Shown here: positions 44,638 through 53,252 of the stretch, piece after piece
Layout of the letters: the number at the start of each line of letters is the position of its first letter
Position numbering within the stretch: position 1 is the first letter of the stretch
Source: an uncultured delta proteobacterium
GTDB taxonomy: Bacteria > Desulfobacterota > Syntrophorhabdia > Syntrophorhabdales > WCHB1-27
Assembly: GCA_963810935.1 (NCBI GenBank)
Contig: CAWEPK010000008.1
Span: 544,001-608,000 of the forward strand
Length of the DNA: 64,000 nt
Direction: 5' to 3'
Made by a program: the position numbers and the translations under genes
The notes under the pieces: model-generated
What the model was told of the DNA's origin: nothing
Seen by the model: only the letters and a program-made list of their open reading frames with translations
Database searches by the model: none

Positions 44638-45309
44638 CTATTTCTTCAGCATCTGCTCGTAGTTATACTTGCTGTCGACCTCCAGGATGTCCATGCCCGC
44701 AAGTATGTCGGCCTTCATCGCTTCCTCCTTCCGGAGGATATCTTCGGCGGCAGAGACGACTTCCTCGAGCTTCTCCGGGGGGATGACGACCATTCCGTTC
44801 ACGTCCGCAACGATGATATCGCCCGGGCGCACCTGGACGTCGCCCAGGCGTATGGGGCAGTTGAAGTCCTCCTGCATGATCCTGCCGCGCGCGGTTATCG
44901 GCACTACGCCGCGCGCGAATACAGGGAACCCTATCTCCTGGCAGAAGTCGATATCCCTCGCTGCGCCATCGACGACTACGCCGGAGACGCCCCGTTTCTG
45001 CGCTGCGCAGGAGAGGATCTCCCCCCAGCAGTTGTTGTATAGATCGCCCCTGTTGTCGATGGCGATGATGTCGCCCGGCGATGCGGACGCAATGGCGTCG
45101 ATCCCTAGGTGGCGCTTTGATTTCACCATGCCCGCCGCCGTCATTTTGATCGTGGCCGCCAGCCCGGCGATCTTCGGCATGCCGAAGAGTGGACGGATGC
45201 CGATTACGGCGCCGCGCAGCCCGGTCGCGTCGAGCGCATCCGCCAGGTTTGTCGTCGAAAGCCTCTCCAGCCGCCCTCGGTAGGCAGCGTCGAACGCCTC
45301 TGCATTCAT
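44638..45309 (-). CDS. RraA family protein (aldolase-like)
   Basis: LADALD, WGEIL, DGAARD, PGDIIVADVNG. Confidence 0.88.
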   Translation of the reverse strand: MNAEAFDAAYRGRLERLSTTNLADALDATGLRGAVIGIRPLFGMPKIAGLAATIKMTAAGMVKSKRHLGIDAIASASPGDIIAIDNRGDLYNNCWGEILSCAAQKRGVSGVVVDGAARDIDFCQEIGFPVFARGVVPITARGRIMQEDFNCPIRLGDVQVRPGDIIVADVNGMVVIPPEKLEEVVSAAEDILRKEEAMKADILAGMDILEVDSKYNYEQMLKK

Positions 45310-45326
45310 CTCGGTCGCCCCCCTTC

Positions 45327-46518
45327 TCACTTATAGACTAACCGCGGCGCATAGGTCGGGCAGACCTCCGTGCACATGCCGCAGACATCACACGCCTTCG
45401 CGTCGATCACCGCACCCGCCTTGGTCACGGTGATGGCGTCGTAAAAACAGACTCCGCAGGCAGACGCCGCATTTGGTGCATTTGGCCGTATCGATCACCA
45501 CGGCTACATTCTGGGGCTTTCTCGGGACTTCGGCGGTCTTGACCATGTTGGGCAGGGCGATGCCCCTTATGTCCTTCAGGCTTTTATATCCCTTAGCCTC
45601 CATCCAGGCGGACATGGAGTCCTGCCATCTCTGGGACACCTTGTAGCCCTGCATCATGATGCCGACGCCCGATTGCACGAGGGTGGCGCCGACCATCAGG
45701 TAGCGCACCACGTCCTGCCATTCCCAGGTGCCGAGGCCCGCGATAATGGGTATTTTCAGTTCCTTAGCCGCCTGGCCTACCAGCTTCAGTCCGTAGCCCA
45801 CGAGGTAGGGTCCGCCGTAACCACCGATTGCGCCGAACGGGTAAGGCTTCGCGGTTTCGATGTCGAGCGTGATGCCGGAAAGCCGGGCGGACATGTTGAC
45901 CGCATTGGCGCCTGCCTCCTCGACCTGCTTCGCTATGATAACGGGGTCGTTCGTCTGAGGTGTGATCTTCACGCTGAAGGGCTTCTTTAAGACCTCTTTG
46001 CATGCCTTGACGAACTGGTAGGTGAGATCGACTGCGCCCGCCCCCATCTTGATGCCCATGTCTGCGGCAAAGGGACAGGAGTTGTTCAGCTCGACCCAGT
46101 CCGCCTTCGTCTTGTTGACGAGGGTGCACATCTCGATCCATTCGTCCATGCTGGAACCGGACAGGCTGGCGATGACAACGCCCGTATCGCCGACCAGGTC
46201 TTTTGCCTTGTCGATGTCCTTCATGTACGTCGGGTAATCGTAGGCCGAGCATTCCTCAAGTGAGCGAAGGGTGAAGGCGTGGGGCAGCTTGTCGGGATAT
46301 CCCGGATATTCCCTGTAGTCTATCAGCTTGAACCTCGGCCTCGGGAACTCGCGGCCCAGCTTTCCGCCTTCGCCGAAAAGAGACTTGGCGATGACGGCGC
46401 CGGCGCCTCCTTCAATGCCCTTTTTCATCGCCTTTGCGTTCATCGTGGGCGTCGCCGAGCCGACGACGATGGGGTTCTTGAACCGAACTCCTGCTATCTC
46501 AGTCGAAAGGTCGACCAT
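45327..46518 (-). CDS. Dihydroorotate/dihydropyrimidine dehydrogenase (PreA)-like FMN protein with C-terminal 2x[4Fe-4S] domain (one extra base near 45452)
   Basis: FKNP, GAVIAKS, ELNNSCP, VKITP, GGYGG; CTKCGVC..[+1]CFYDAI...CDVCGMCTEVCP, TGA at 45327. Confidence 0.85.
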
Positions 46519-46534
46519 GTTATAAACTCCTCCT

Positions 46535-47281
46535 TTACCGTTTTTTTCGAGTATCTTTACGGGACTCCCGCAATGGTAACTCTTTATCCTGAAGCGCCGT
46601 CTGGATCTGGCCTATATGCTCGAGCATTATGTCTCTGGCGTCCTCCGAATTGCGCTCCGATATGACCTTGAAGAGCTTATCGTGGTAGTCGAGCGTTCTC
46701 TGCACGGGCTTTTCGGTGAGGACGATGGCGGACGAGACGTTATTCTCCATTATGTCCAGCATCGAATCGATCATGAAGAAGATCACCGGGTTCTCCGACG
46801 CCTGCGAGATGATCCGGTGAAACTCAAGATTAAGGAGCCTCGCGTCGGTCGGGTTCTTCTTTTTGAGGCACTCCCTCGTCTCCTCTATGTTCTGCTTCAA
46901 CTGCGCGAGCGCCTCATCCTTTATCCGCATGGCCGCCAGGGCCACTGAGAACGGCTCTATGGCGAGCCTCGCCTCGGTGAGGTCGGCGATCTTGATATTG
47001 CCGAGAGAAAACATGTCCTGGAGGAAGTTGTTGCCCGTCTTGACGCTGGGATCGACGAGAAAGGCGCCGCCCTGCATGCCCCTTCTAATCTCAAGAATGC
47101 CCGTATATTCGAGCTTCTTGAGCGCCTCCCGCACGGTGACACGGCTGCACTGGAACTGCTCCATTAGCTGCCGCTCGGACGGCAGCTTCTCACCCGGCGT
47201 GATCTTCTTCTGAAAGATCGCCTGCTTTATCTGCTCGATTATCGCCTCAGAAATCCTGTCTGTCCTGACTGATTTAAACAT
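46535..47281 (-). CDS. FadR/GntR family regulator (wHTH + FCD)
   Basis: PGEKLPSER, SRVTVREAL, EARLAIE, FHRII..ASEN, MLEHI. Confidence 0.95.
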   Translation of the reverse strand: MFKSVRTDRISEAIIEQIKQAIFQKKITPGEKLPSERQLMEQFQCSRVTVREALKKLEYTGILEIRRGMQGGAFLVDPSVKTGNNFLQDMFSLGNIKIADLTEARLAIEPFSVALAAMRIKDEALAQLKQNIEETRECLKKKNPTDARLLNLEFHRIISQASENPVIFFMIDSMLDIMENNVSSAIVLTEKPVQRTLDYHDKLFKVISERNSEDARDIMLEHIGQIQTALQDKELPLRESRKDTRKKR

Positions 47282-47577
47282 GTCCCCCTATGCCTCATCC
47301 TTGAATCATATACATCATACATCCAAATGTTAGTCCTTTGTCAACACGAAAAACTACCGGACAAGGTCCGTTAAATGACCTGTTCCCAGCAAGGCCGGTA
47401 TTAATGCCTCTTGAAAGGTGGAAACCTGCTTTTGCCCATGGCCGATTTTAATTGACAACGGGCTGTGGGGAGTCAGATAATGGATGAATTTGCAAAAGCC
47501 CAGGAGCCGGCGAGAGCGGGGTGGAAAGTCAGTGAGTCCCCCTGCGGGGCCGTACAATCGGCGACTAAAAGGCGGAC

Positions 47578-49524
47578 GTGGACAAGACGCTCTTTAAAGC
47601 ACAAAAAATAGCGGTAAAACAGGTTGGACCGAAACCTCGGACGCTACTGATCTGCATCGTCCTTGCGGTCGTCGTCGCCTGCGCCTTCTGGCAGGTTGCC
47701 CGGTGCGACTTCATTAACTTCGACGATCATGTTTACGTAACCGAAAACAGCCACGTGTTGAACGGCCTGACTATTGAAGACCTGCGTTGGGCTTTCACCG
47801 TCGGGTATGCCGGCAACTGGCATCCCCTGACCTGGATGTCCCACATGCTGGACGTCCAGATCTTCGGCCTGAACCCCGCATGGCACCATCTGACTAACCT
47901 CTTGTTCCACATCGCCAACACCATCTTGCTCTTTCTAGTCCTTTTCAGGATGACAAAGGGTCTCTGGCAAAGCGCCTTCGTGGCAGCCTTGTTCGGCATA
48001 CACCCCGTGCACGTGGAATCGGTAGCCTGGGTTGCCGAGCGCAAGGATGTGCTTTCCACCTTTTTCTGGTTGCTCACCATGGGTGCCTATATCCGCTACG
48101 TCGAGCAGCCACTGTTTAAGAGATATCTGGTCCTGATCGCCTGTTTCGCCATAGGTCTTACGTCAAAACCAATGCTTGTGACCCTTCCCTTCGTCCTTCT
48201 CCTTCTCGATTATTGGCCGCTGCGCCGTTTCGAGCAACAAGCACCGGTCCTGAATATGCCGCCGGAGGAAACCAAAGAGAAGAAGAGAAAAAGAGAATCC
48301 CGCACCCGGCAGCCGGTCGGGCAGCTTGCGGAAGGGCAGACGAGCTATTCTTTTCGACCGGCGTCGATAGGCCCTATCCTCAGGGAGAAGATACCTCTGT
48401 TTGGTCTGGCCGCACTCTCTTGCCTGCTCACATACGCGGCCCAGCAGAGAGAAGGCGCGGTGATATCGACGGATGCACTGCCGCTCTCGGGCCGCATCGC
48501 CAACGCCTTCGTCTCGTATGCTGTCTATATAGGCAAAATGTTCTGGCCGGCCGATCTTGCAGTTTTCTACCCCTATCCATCGTCCTGGCCGCAATGGCAA
48601 ACCGCCTTGGCTGTGCTTCTCTTTGCAGCCGTAACTGCTGTAGTCATACTATGTGGTCGAAAATACGGCTATCTCCGAATGGGATGGCTGTGGTACGCAG
48701 GCACGCTCGTGCCTGTGATCGGCTTCGTGCAGGTGGGCAGGCAGGCAAGCGCCGACCGTTATACTTATATCCCCTTCATTGGGCTCTTCGTGATCATCGC
48801 GTGGGGTATCCCCGACCTCATTAAAAAATGGCGGTACCGGAGGCAGGCACTCGCCGCCTCATCGATAGTCGCGCTATCCTGCTTTTTCGCCGCTACCTGG
48901 CTGCAGGTCGGCTACTGGCAGGACAGCATCACCCTGTACGACCATTCACTCGCCGTTACGTCCGACAGCTCTATCGTGCTCAACAACAGGGGCAACGCCC
49001 ATAGTCTGAGATTTGAGTACAAAAGGGCAATGGCCGATTTCGACAAAGCCATCGAGATGGCGCCCAAAGACGCGGAGACGTACAACAATAGGGGTGCACT
49101 CTACAATGCACTGGACGACTATGCCCGGGCCATAGCCGATTTAGACCGGGCTATCGAGATCGACCCACATCATAAAAGAGCATATTATAACCGGGGGGTA
49201 GCCTACGCCAAGGGGCCGGGGGACTACAGGAAGGCAATAGCCGACTTTGACATGGCTCTCACCTTGAAGCCTCCGATCGCGACTGAAGTTTATAGGAGCC
49301 GAGGCGCCACCTGGGGAGCGATAGGCGACTACGCCCAAGCGATAGCCGATTTTAACAAAGCCATAGAAGCCAACCCCGGAAATGCGCAAGCGTATTTTAA
49401 TCGCGGGATGGCATACCGCCATATCGGCAACGATGCCAGTGCCATGGATGACCTTAGGGAAGCAGCGCGGCTCGGCAGTCAACCGGCAAACAACGTTCTC
49501 CGCAACCAAGCGGCAGGCCGGTAG
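47578..49524 (+). CDS. TMTC-like GT-C membrane glycosyltransferase with TPR tail
   Basis: FINFDD, WHPLT, HPVHVESVAWVAERKD, SKPM, ADRYTYIP, multiple TPRs. Confidence 0.88.
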   Translation: MDKTLFKAQKIAVKQVGPKPRTLLICIVLAVVVACAFWQVARCDFINFDDHVYVTENSHVLNGLTIEDLRWAFTVGYAGNWHPLTWMSHMLDVQIFGLNPAWHHLTNLLFHIANTILLFLVLFRMTKGLWQSAFVAALFGIHPVHVESVAWVAERKDVLSTFFWLLTMGAYIRYVEQPLFKRYLVLIACFAIGLTSKPMLVTLPFVLLLLDYWPLRRFEQQAPVLNMPPEETKEKKRKRESRTRQPVGQLAEGQTSYSFRPASIGPILREKIPLFGLAALSCLLTYAAQQREGAVISTDALPLSGRIANAFVSYAVYIGKMFWPADLAVFYPYPSSWPQWQTALAVLLFAAVTAVVILCGRKYGYLRMGWLWYAGTLVPVIGFVQVGRQASADRYTYIPFIGLFVIIAWGIPDLIKKWRYRRQALAASSIVALSCFFAATWLQVGYWQDSITLYDHSLAVTSDSSIVLNNRGNAHSLRFEYKRAMADFDKAIEMAPKDAETYNNRGALYNALDDYARAIADLDRAIEIDPHHKRAYYNRGVAYAKGPGDYRKAIADFDMALTLKPPIATEVYRSRGATWGAIGDYAQAIADFNKAIEANPGNAQAYFNRGMAYRHIGNDASAMDDLREAARLGSQPANNVLRNQAAGR

Positions 49525-49589
49525 CCTGCAAGTAGGAGGCATTCCCTGGTCCTTCCGGGGACCATCCTGCCCGAGGCCGGGGGCTTTGG

Positions 49590-50810
49590 TCAACCGCGCC
49601 AGAATTTGTTGGCCAGGATGACGGTTATGCACTGAAAAACGAGAATTACCGCCACGCAGCCCGGCCAGCCTGCCTGCCTCCAGAAGAAGCCGGGGATAAC
49701 GGAGCCGACGAAGCCTCCGAAATAATAGAAAGAAACGTAGAGCCCTCCGGCCGACGATTTGGCGTTCAGGGCGACCTTGCCCACGTGGATCAACGCGGCC
49801 GACTGGCAGACGAACACGCCGGAAGACTCCATGATGAGCCCGATGACGATTACCGGCAGACTATGGACGAGCGTGAGCGACATACCCGCTGCGCACATGA
49901 CCGTCGCTCCCGTCAACGTCTTGAGTGGGCCTATCCGGTCGATAACGCGGCCGGACAGGGGGGTTATTACGGTCCCCACCAGGTAGACGGCGAATACCGA
50001 GCCCAACGCGGCCGGCCCAAGGAAAAAGGGCTTGTCCGCCAGGTAAAAGTTTACATAGGTGAAGGCGCCCACAAGGCAGGAAAGGACGGTGAACCCGACC
50101 GCATAGGTCGCAAGAAGGTCGGGGTTTCGCAGATGGGCGCCCATGGTGCGTACGGCCGACTGGCCGCGCCGCCGGACAAACCGCGTCGAGGGAGGCAGGA
50201 GCCACCACGTCACAAGTGCCACGGTAAGGCTCACTCCGGCCAGGATCAAAAACGCGCCGTGCCAGTCCCATCTTGACTGCGCCAGGCCCACCACGAAGCG
50301 CCCGCCGAAGCCGCCCAGGACCGTCCCCGTAACGTAAGTCGTCATCGTCGCGCCGGCCGATCCCGGCTCCGATTCTTCGGCGACATAGGCGATTGCGACC
50401 GCCATGATGCCGGGGATGAAACACCCCTGGACAAATCGCCATGCCACGAGCTGGCCAAGGCTTGATGCCGTTGCCGTCATGGCTGTGGCCGCGGCAAGGC
50501 ACAGGAGGGACGCCACGATGACCCGCTTGCGCCCCATCCTGTCGGAGAGAAGGCCTACCAGCGGGGCTGTCAAGGCAACGGCAAGGATGGTGGCACTCAC
50601 CGTCAGGCTCACGTGAAGCTCGGAGGCCCGGAAAAATTCCCTGAAGCGGGGCAGAAGGGGCTGGGTGGCGTAGACGGGGGCAAAAGTGCCGATGCCTGTA
50701 ATGAAAAGGGCTACCAATCTGATAGACCTGCGGGAGGGCGACGCCGCCCCTGTTGTTGCCTGTTTTTCCACCGATTCTCCCGTCCTTTTGTATACCAAAG
50801 AGTAACGCAT
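49590..50810 (-). CDS. MFS transporter, YnfM-like (start may be GTG at 50771)
   Basis: YATQPLLP, SDRMGRKR, RFVQG, AYVAEE, LYVSFYYFGG. Confidence 0.92.
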   Translation of the reverse strand: MRYSLVYKRTGESVEKQATTGAASPSRRSIRLVALFITGIGTFAPVYATQPLLPRFREFFRASELHVSLTVSATILAVALTAPLVGLLSDRMGRKRVIVASLLCLAAATAMTATASSLGQLVAWRFVQGCFIPGIMAVAIAYVAEESEPGSAGATMTTYVTGTVLGGFGGRFVVGLAQSRWDWHGAFLILAGVSLTVALVTWWLLPPSTRFVRRRGQSAVRTMGAHLRNPDLLATYAVGFTVLSCLVGAFTYVNFYLADKPFFLGPAALGSVFAVYLVGTVITPLSGRVIDRIGPLKTLTGATVMCAAGMSLTLVHSLPVIVIGLIMESSGVFVCQSAALIHVGKVALNAKSSAGGLYVSFYYFGGFVGSVIPGFFWRQAGWPGCVAVILVFQCITVILANKFWRG

Positions 50811-50903
50811 ACGGCGGAGGGTATCAAGAGACGAACGTCGCGGGATGGCCGGGGTCTGCCGGATTAGACGATCTTTATGTCTTTGAATGCGGAATGGGTC
50901 AGG

Positions 50904-51332
50904 CTACGAGGCGATGAACCTGCGCAGGAAAAGGTCTTCTTCCTCTTTCGATTTGCAATGGTAGGTGTCTTTGATCATTTTACGAAGGGTAGCGCCGTTG
51001 GCTCCCACTTTTTCCTCCGCCTGGGACATATCGACCGCCTCCAACTCCTCCTGCGTGAAGCCTGCGCTCGGCATCAGGTTGATCGTCCAGATGTCCTTCG
51101 CGTTGACCATGTCCCCGTTCGACAACCTGATGGTCTGAAGCATATCGTAAAATTTTGCGGGACCTGTGCCGGACATAACGGCAAGCGCCAGCCCTTCGTC
51201 CAGCGTCACGTCGATTGCAGGCCTGCGCCGGAAGAAGGTGACGTCGCATCTATGCCCGAGCGCGGACACGGCCAGTATCTGGCGGCCGAGCAGCTCGAAC
51301 CTGCGTCCGAATATATCCTCAAATTTATCCAT
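50904..51332 (-). CDS. Hypothetical protein
   Basis: 142-aa ORF with protein-like composition and host-like codon usage, co-oriented downstream of moeA. Confidence 0.7.
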   Translation of the reverse strand: MDKFEDIFGRRFELLGRQILAVSALGHRCDVTFFRRRPAIDVTLDEGLALAVMSGTGPAKFYDMLQTIRLSNGDMVNAKDIWTINLMPSAGFTQEELEAVDMSQAEEKVGANGATLRKMIKDTYHCKSKEEEDLFLRRFIAS

Positions 51333-51392
51333 CCTTCAATCCTGCCCGTCAAAAATCGATCCGGCCGCTAAAAGCGCTTGTGCGGACGTCGG

Positions 51393-52697
51393 TCATATCT
51401 CGTCGTGGTCGATCAACTGGATCGCGACCTTTTCTCCGGCCCTTATCTTCGTGCTGCTTTCCGGGATCACTATCAGGCAGTTCGCCTTGCTCATCGAGCG
51501 AAGCTCGGACGATTTCTGGTTCCCCGTCGTCGAGACGTAGAACTCGTCGTTCCTTATGGTGAAGCGGCCCCGGAGAAGGTTGACCGCGCCGGAGCGCTTG
51601 CTCACGTCTTCTTCCAGGAACGCACTGACTACCGGCTTGTTTAACTTTTTAGCGCCCATCAGCTTGAGCAGGGCGGGCCTTACGAACTCGATGAACGACG
51701 TAAGGGTCGGGACCGGGTAGCCAGGCAGGCCGAAAACAAGCTTGCTGCCCTTTTTCCCGAAGGTGCATGGTTTGCCCGGCTTGACGTTGATCCATTCGAA
51801 AAGTATCTCGATGCCCAGCTCGGAATAGACCTCTTTGATAAAATCATACTTCCCCATCGATACCCCGCCCGTCGATATCACAACATCGGCTTCGAGGGCT
51901 TCGAGGAGCTTCACCTTCGTCTTCTCCTTCGTATCCTTGGCTATGCCGAGGTAATGAGGGATGGCGTTGTACTTACGCACCTCCGAGTAAAGCATGTAAG
52001 CGTTGACGTTCCTGATTTGGCCGATCCCTATCTTCTCGCCCACCTCGGCCAGCTCGTCTCCGGTGGAAATGATCGAGACGTCCGGCCGCTTGTATACCCT
52101 GACGGTGTCATAGCCCAGCGACGCAAGGATGCCCACGTCAGCGGACCTGAGCCGGTCTCCCTTCTGGAGCACCTTATCGCCTTTCTTTATATTCTCTCCA
52201 GCGCGCTTGCAGTTACTGTCCTCGACCGCTTCGCTGAAGATGCTTACGTAACCTTCTTTTTCTTTCGTATTCTCGAAGGGGACAACGGAATCGGCCCCCT
52301 GCGGTATCGGGGCGCCGGTCATGATCCTTACGGCGCCGCCGCTTTCCACTTTTATTCCGGCGGCTGAAGCCCCGGCCCGCAACTCCCCGGTGACCTTAAG
52401 CCTCACGGGTTTGCTCTTCGACGCGCCGCGCGTCCCGGCAGCGATCAGTGCGTAGCCGTCCATCGCCGAATCGTCGAAGGGCGGTATCATGATATCGGAT
52501 ACGATGTCTTCGCGGAGGATGCGGTTGAACGACTCCACGACGGGGATCGTCTCGCCGCCGAGGGGTTTCACGGCATTCAGGATAATCCGCTGCGCTTCCG
52601 CAACGGAGACAGCCGCACTCCCGTTTTCACCGTGACGCGTTTTGCGCGAGCGGAAGATACCCGTTTCGCGCACGCTTGCTTTATGTTGTGACTGCAC
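51393..52697 (-). CDS. moeA: Molybdopterin Mo/W insertase MoeA
   Basis: SAMDGYA, IMTGAP, STGDEL, TGGVSMG, KPGKP, GLPGYP. Confidence 0.95.
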   Translation of the reverse strand: MQSQHKASVRETGIFRSRKTRHGENGSAAVSVAEAQRIILNAVKPLGGETIPVVESFNRILREDIVSDIMIPPFDDSAMDGYALIAAGTRGASKSKPVRLKVTGELRAGASAAGIKVESGGAVRIMTGAPIPQGADSVVPFENTKEKEGYVSIFSEAVEDSNCKRAGENIKKGDKVLQKGDRLRSADVGILASLGYDTVRVYKRPDVSIISTGDELAEVGEKIGIGQIRNVNAYMLYSEVRKYNAIPHYLGIAKDTKEKTKVKLLEALEADVVISTGGVSMGKYDFIKEVYSELGIEILFEWINVKPGKPCTFGKKGSKLVFGLPGYPVPTLTSFIEFVRPALLKLMGAKKLNKPVVSAFLEEDVSKRSGAVNLLRGRFTIRNDEFYVSTTGNQKSSELRSMSKANCLIVIPESSTKIRAGEKVAIQLIDHDEI

Positions 52698-52706
52698 GTG
52701 CCTGCC

Positions 52707-53252
52707 CTAATTCTCTCCCTTGGCCGCAATACGCGAGACGGTATCGACGACCGTCTGCAAACCGTATTTATCGACCATGGAGCCCAGGCCCGCCTCGACC
52801 TGCTCTATCTCCACCTGCTCGTCAATTTCCTCTTCACGCTCTTCGTAAGTGAGGACGTTGCTAAGGCAGACCTGTACGCACATCGGCTTTTCCAGCGGCG
52901 GGTCGCTCTCGCACAGATCGCACTTGAGCGGCAGGCCGGAGTCCGGCTCCTTAAAAAGGTCCCTGGAAGGACATGAGGCCCTGCAGAAGCCGCATTCGTC
53001 ATATTCTTTGCCGTCGATAATATACTTGTCCCTGCCCATGCACTCGGCAGGCGTATATTCGCCGGCAAAGACGGGCAGCCATATATTCTTCACCCTGTGG
53101 GTGATGATCTGGATGCGCGACCGCGCAGGGTTGTTGCTGCTGTACTGCGGGTTCGCGTGGAATGCGGAGCAGACGATCTCACACCCGCGGCAGCCGTTGC
53201 ACTTGTCGGCATCGACCTTGATTGTCTTGACGATTTTCTTAATCTTTGCCAT
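52707..53252 (-). CDS. bamC: Class II benzoyl-CoA reductase Fe-S subunit BamC-like
   Basis: CNGCRGCEIVC, NPARSRI, YDECGFCRASCPSRD, LPLKCDLC; overlaps the bamB stop. Confidence 0.88.
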   Translation of the reverse strand: MAKIKKIVKTIKVDADKCNGCRGCEIVCSAFHANPQYSSNNPARSRIQIITHRVKNIWLPVFAGEYTPAECMGRDKYIIDGKEYDECGFCRASCPSRDLFKEPDSGLPLKCDLCESDPPLEKPMCVQVCLSNVLTYEEREEEIDEQVEIEQVEAGLGSMVDKYGLQTVVDTVSRIAAKGEN

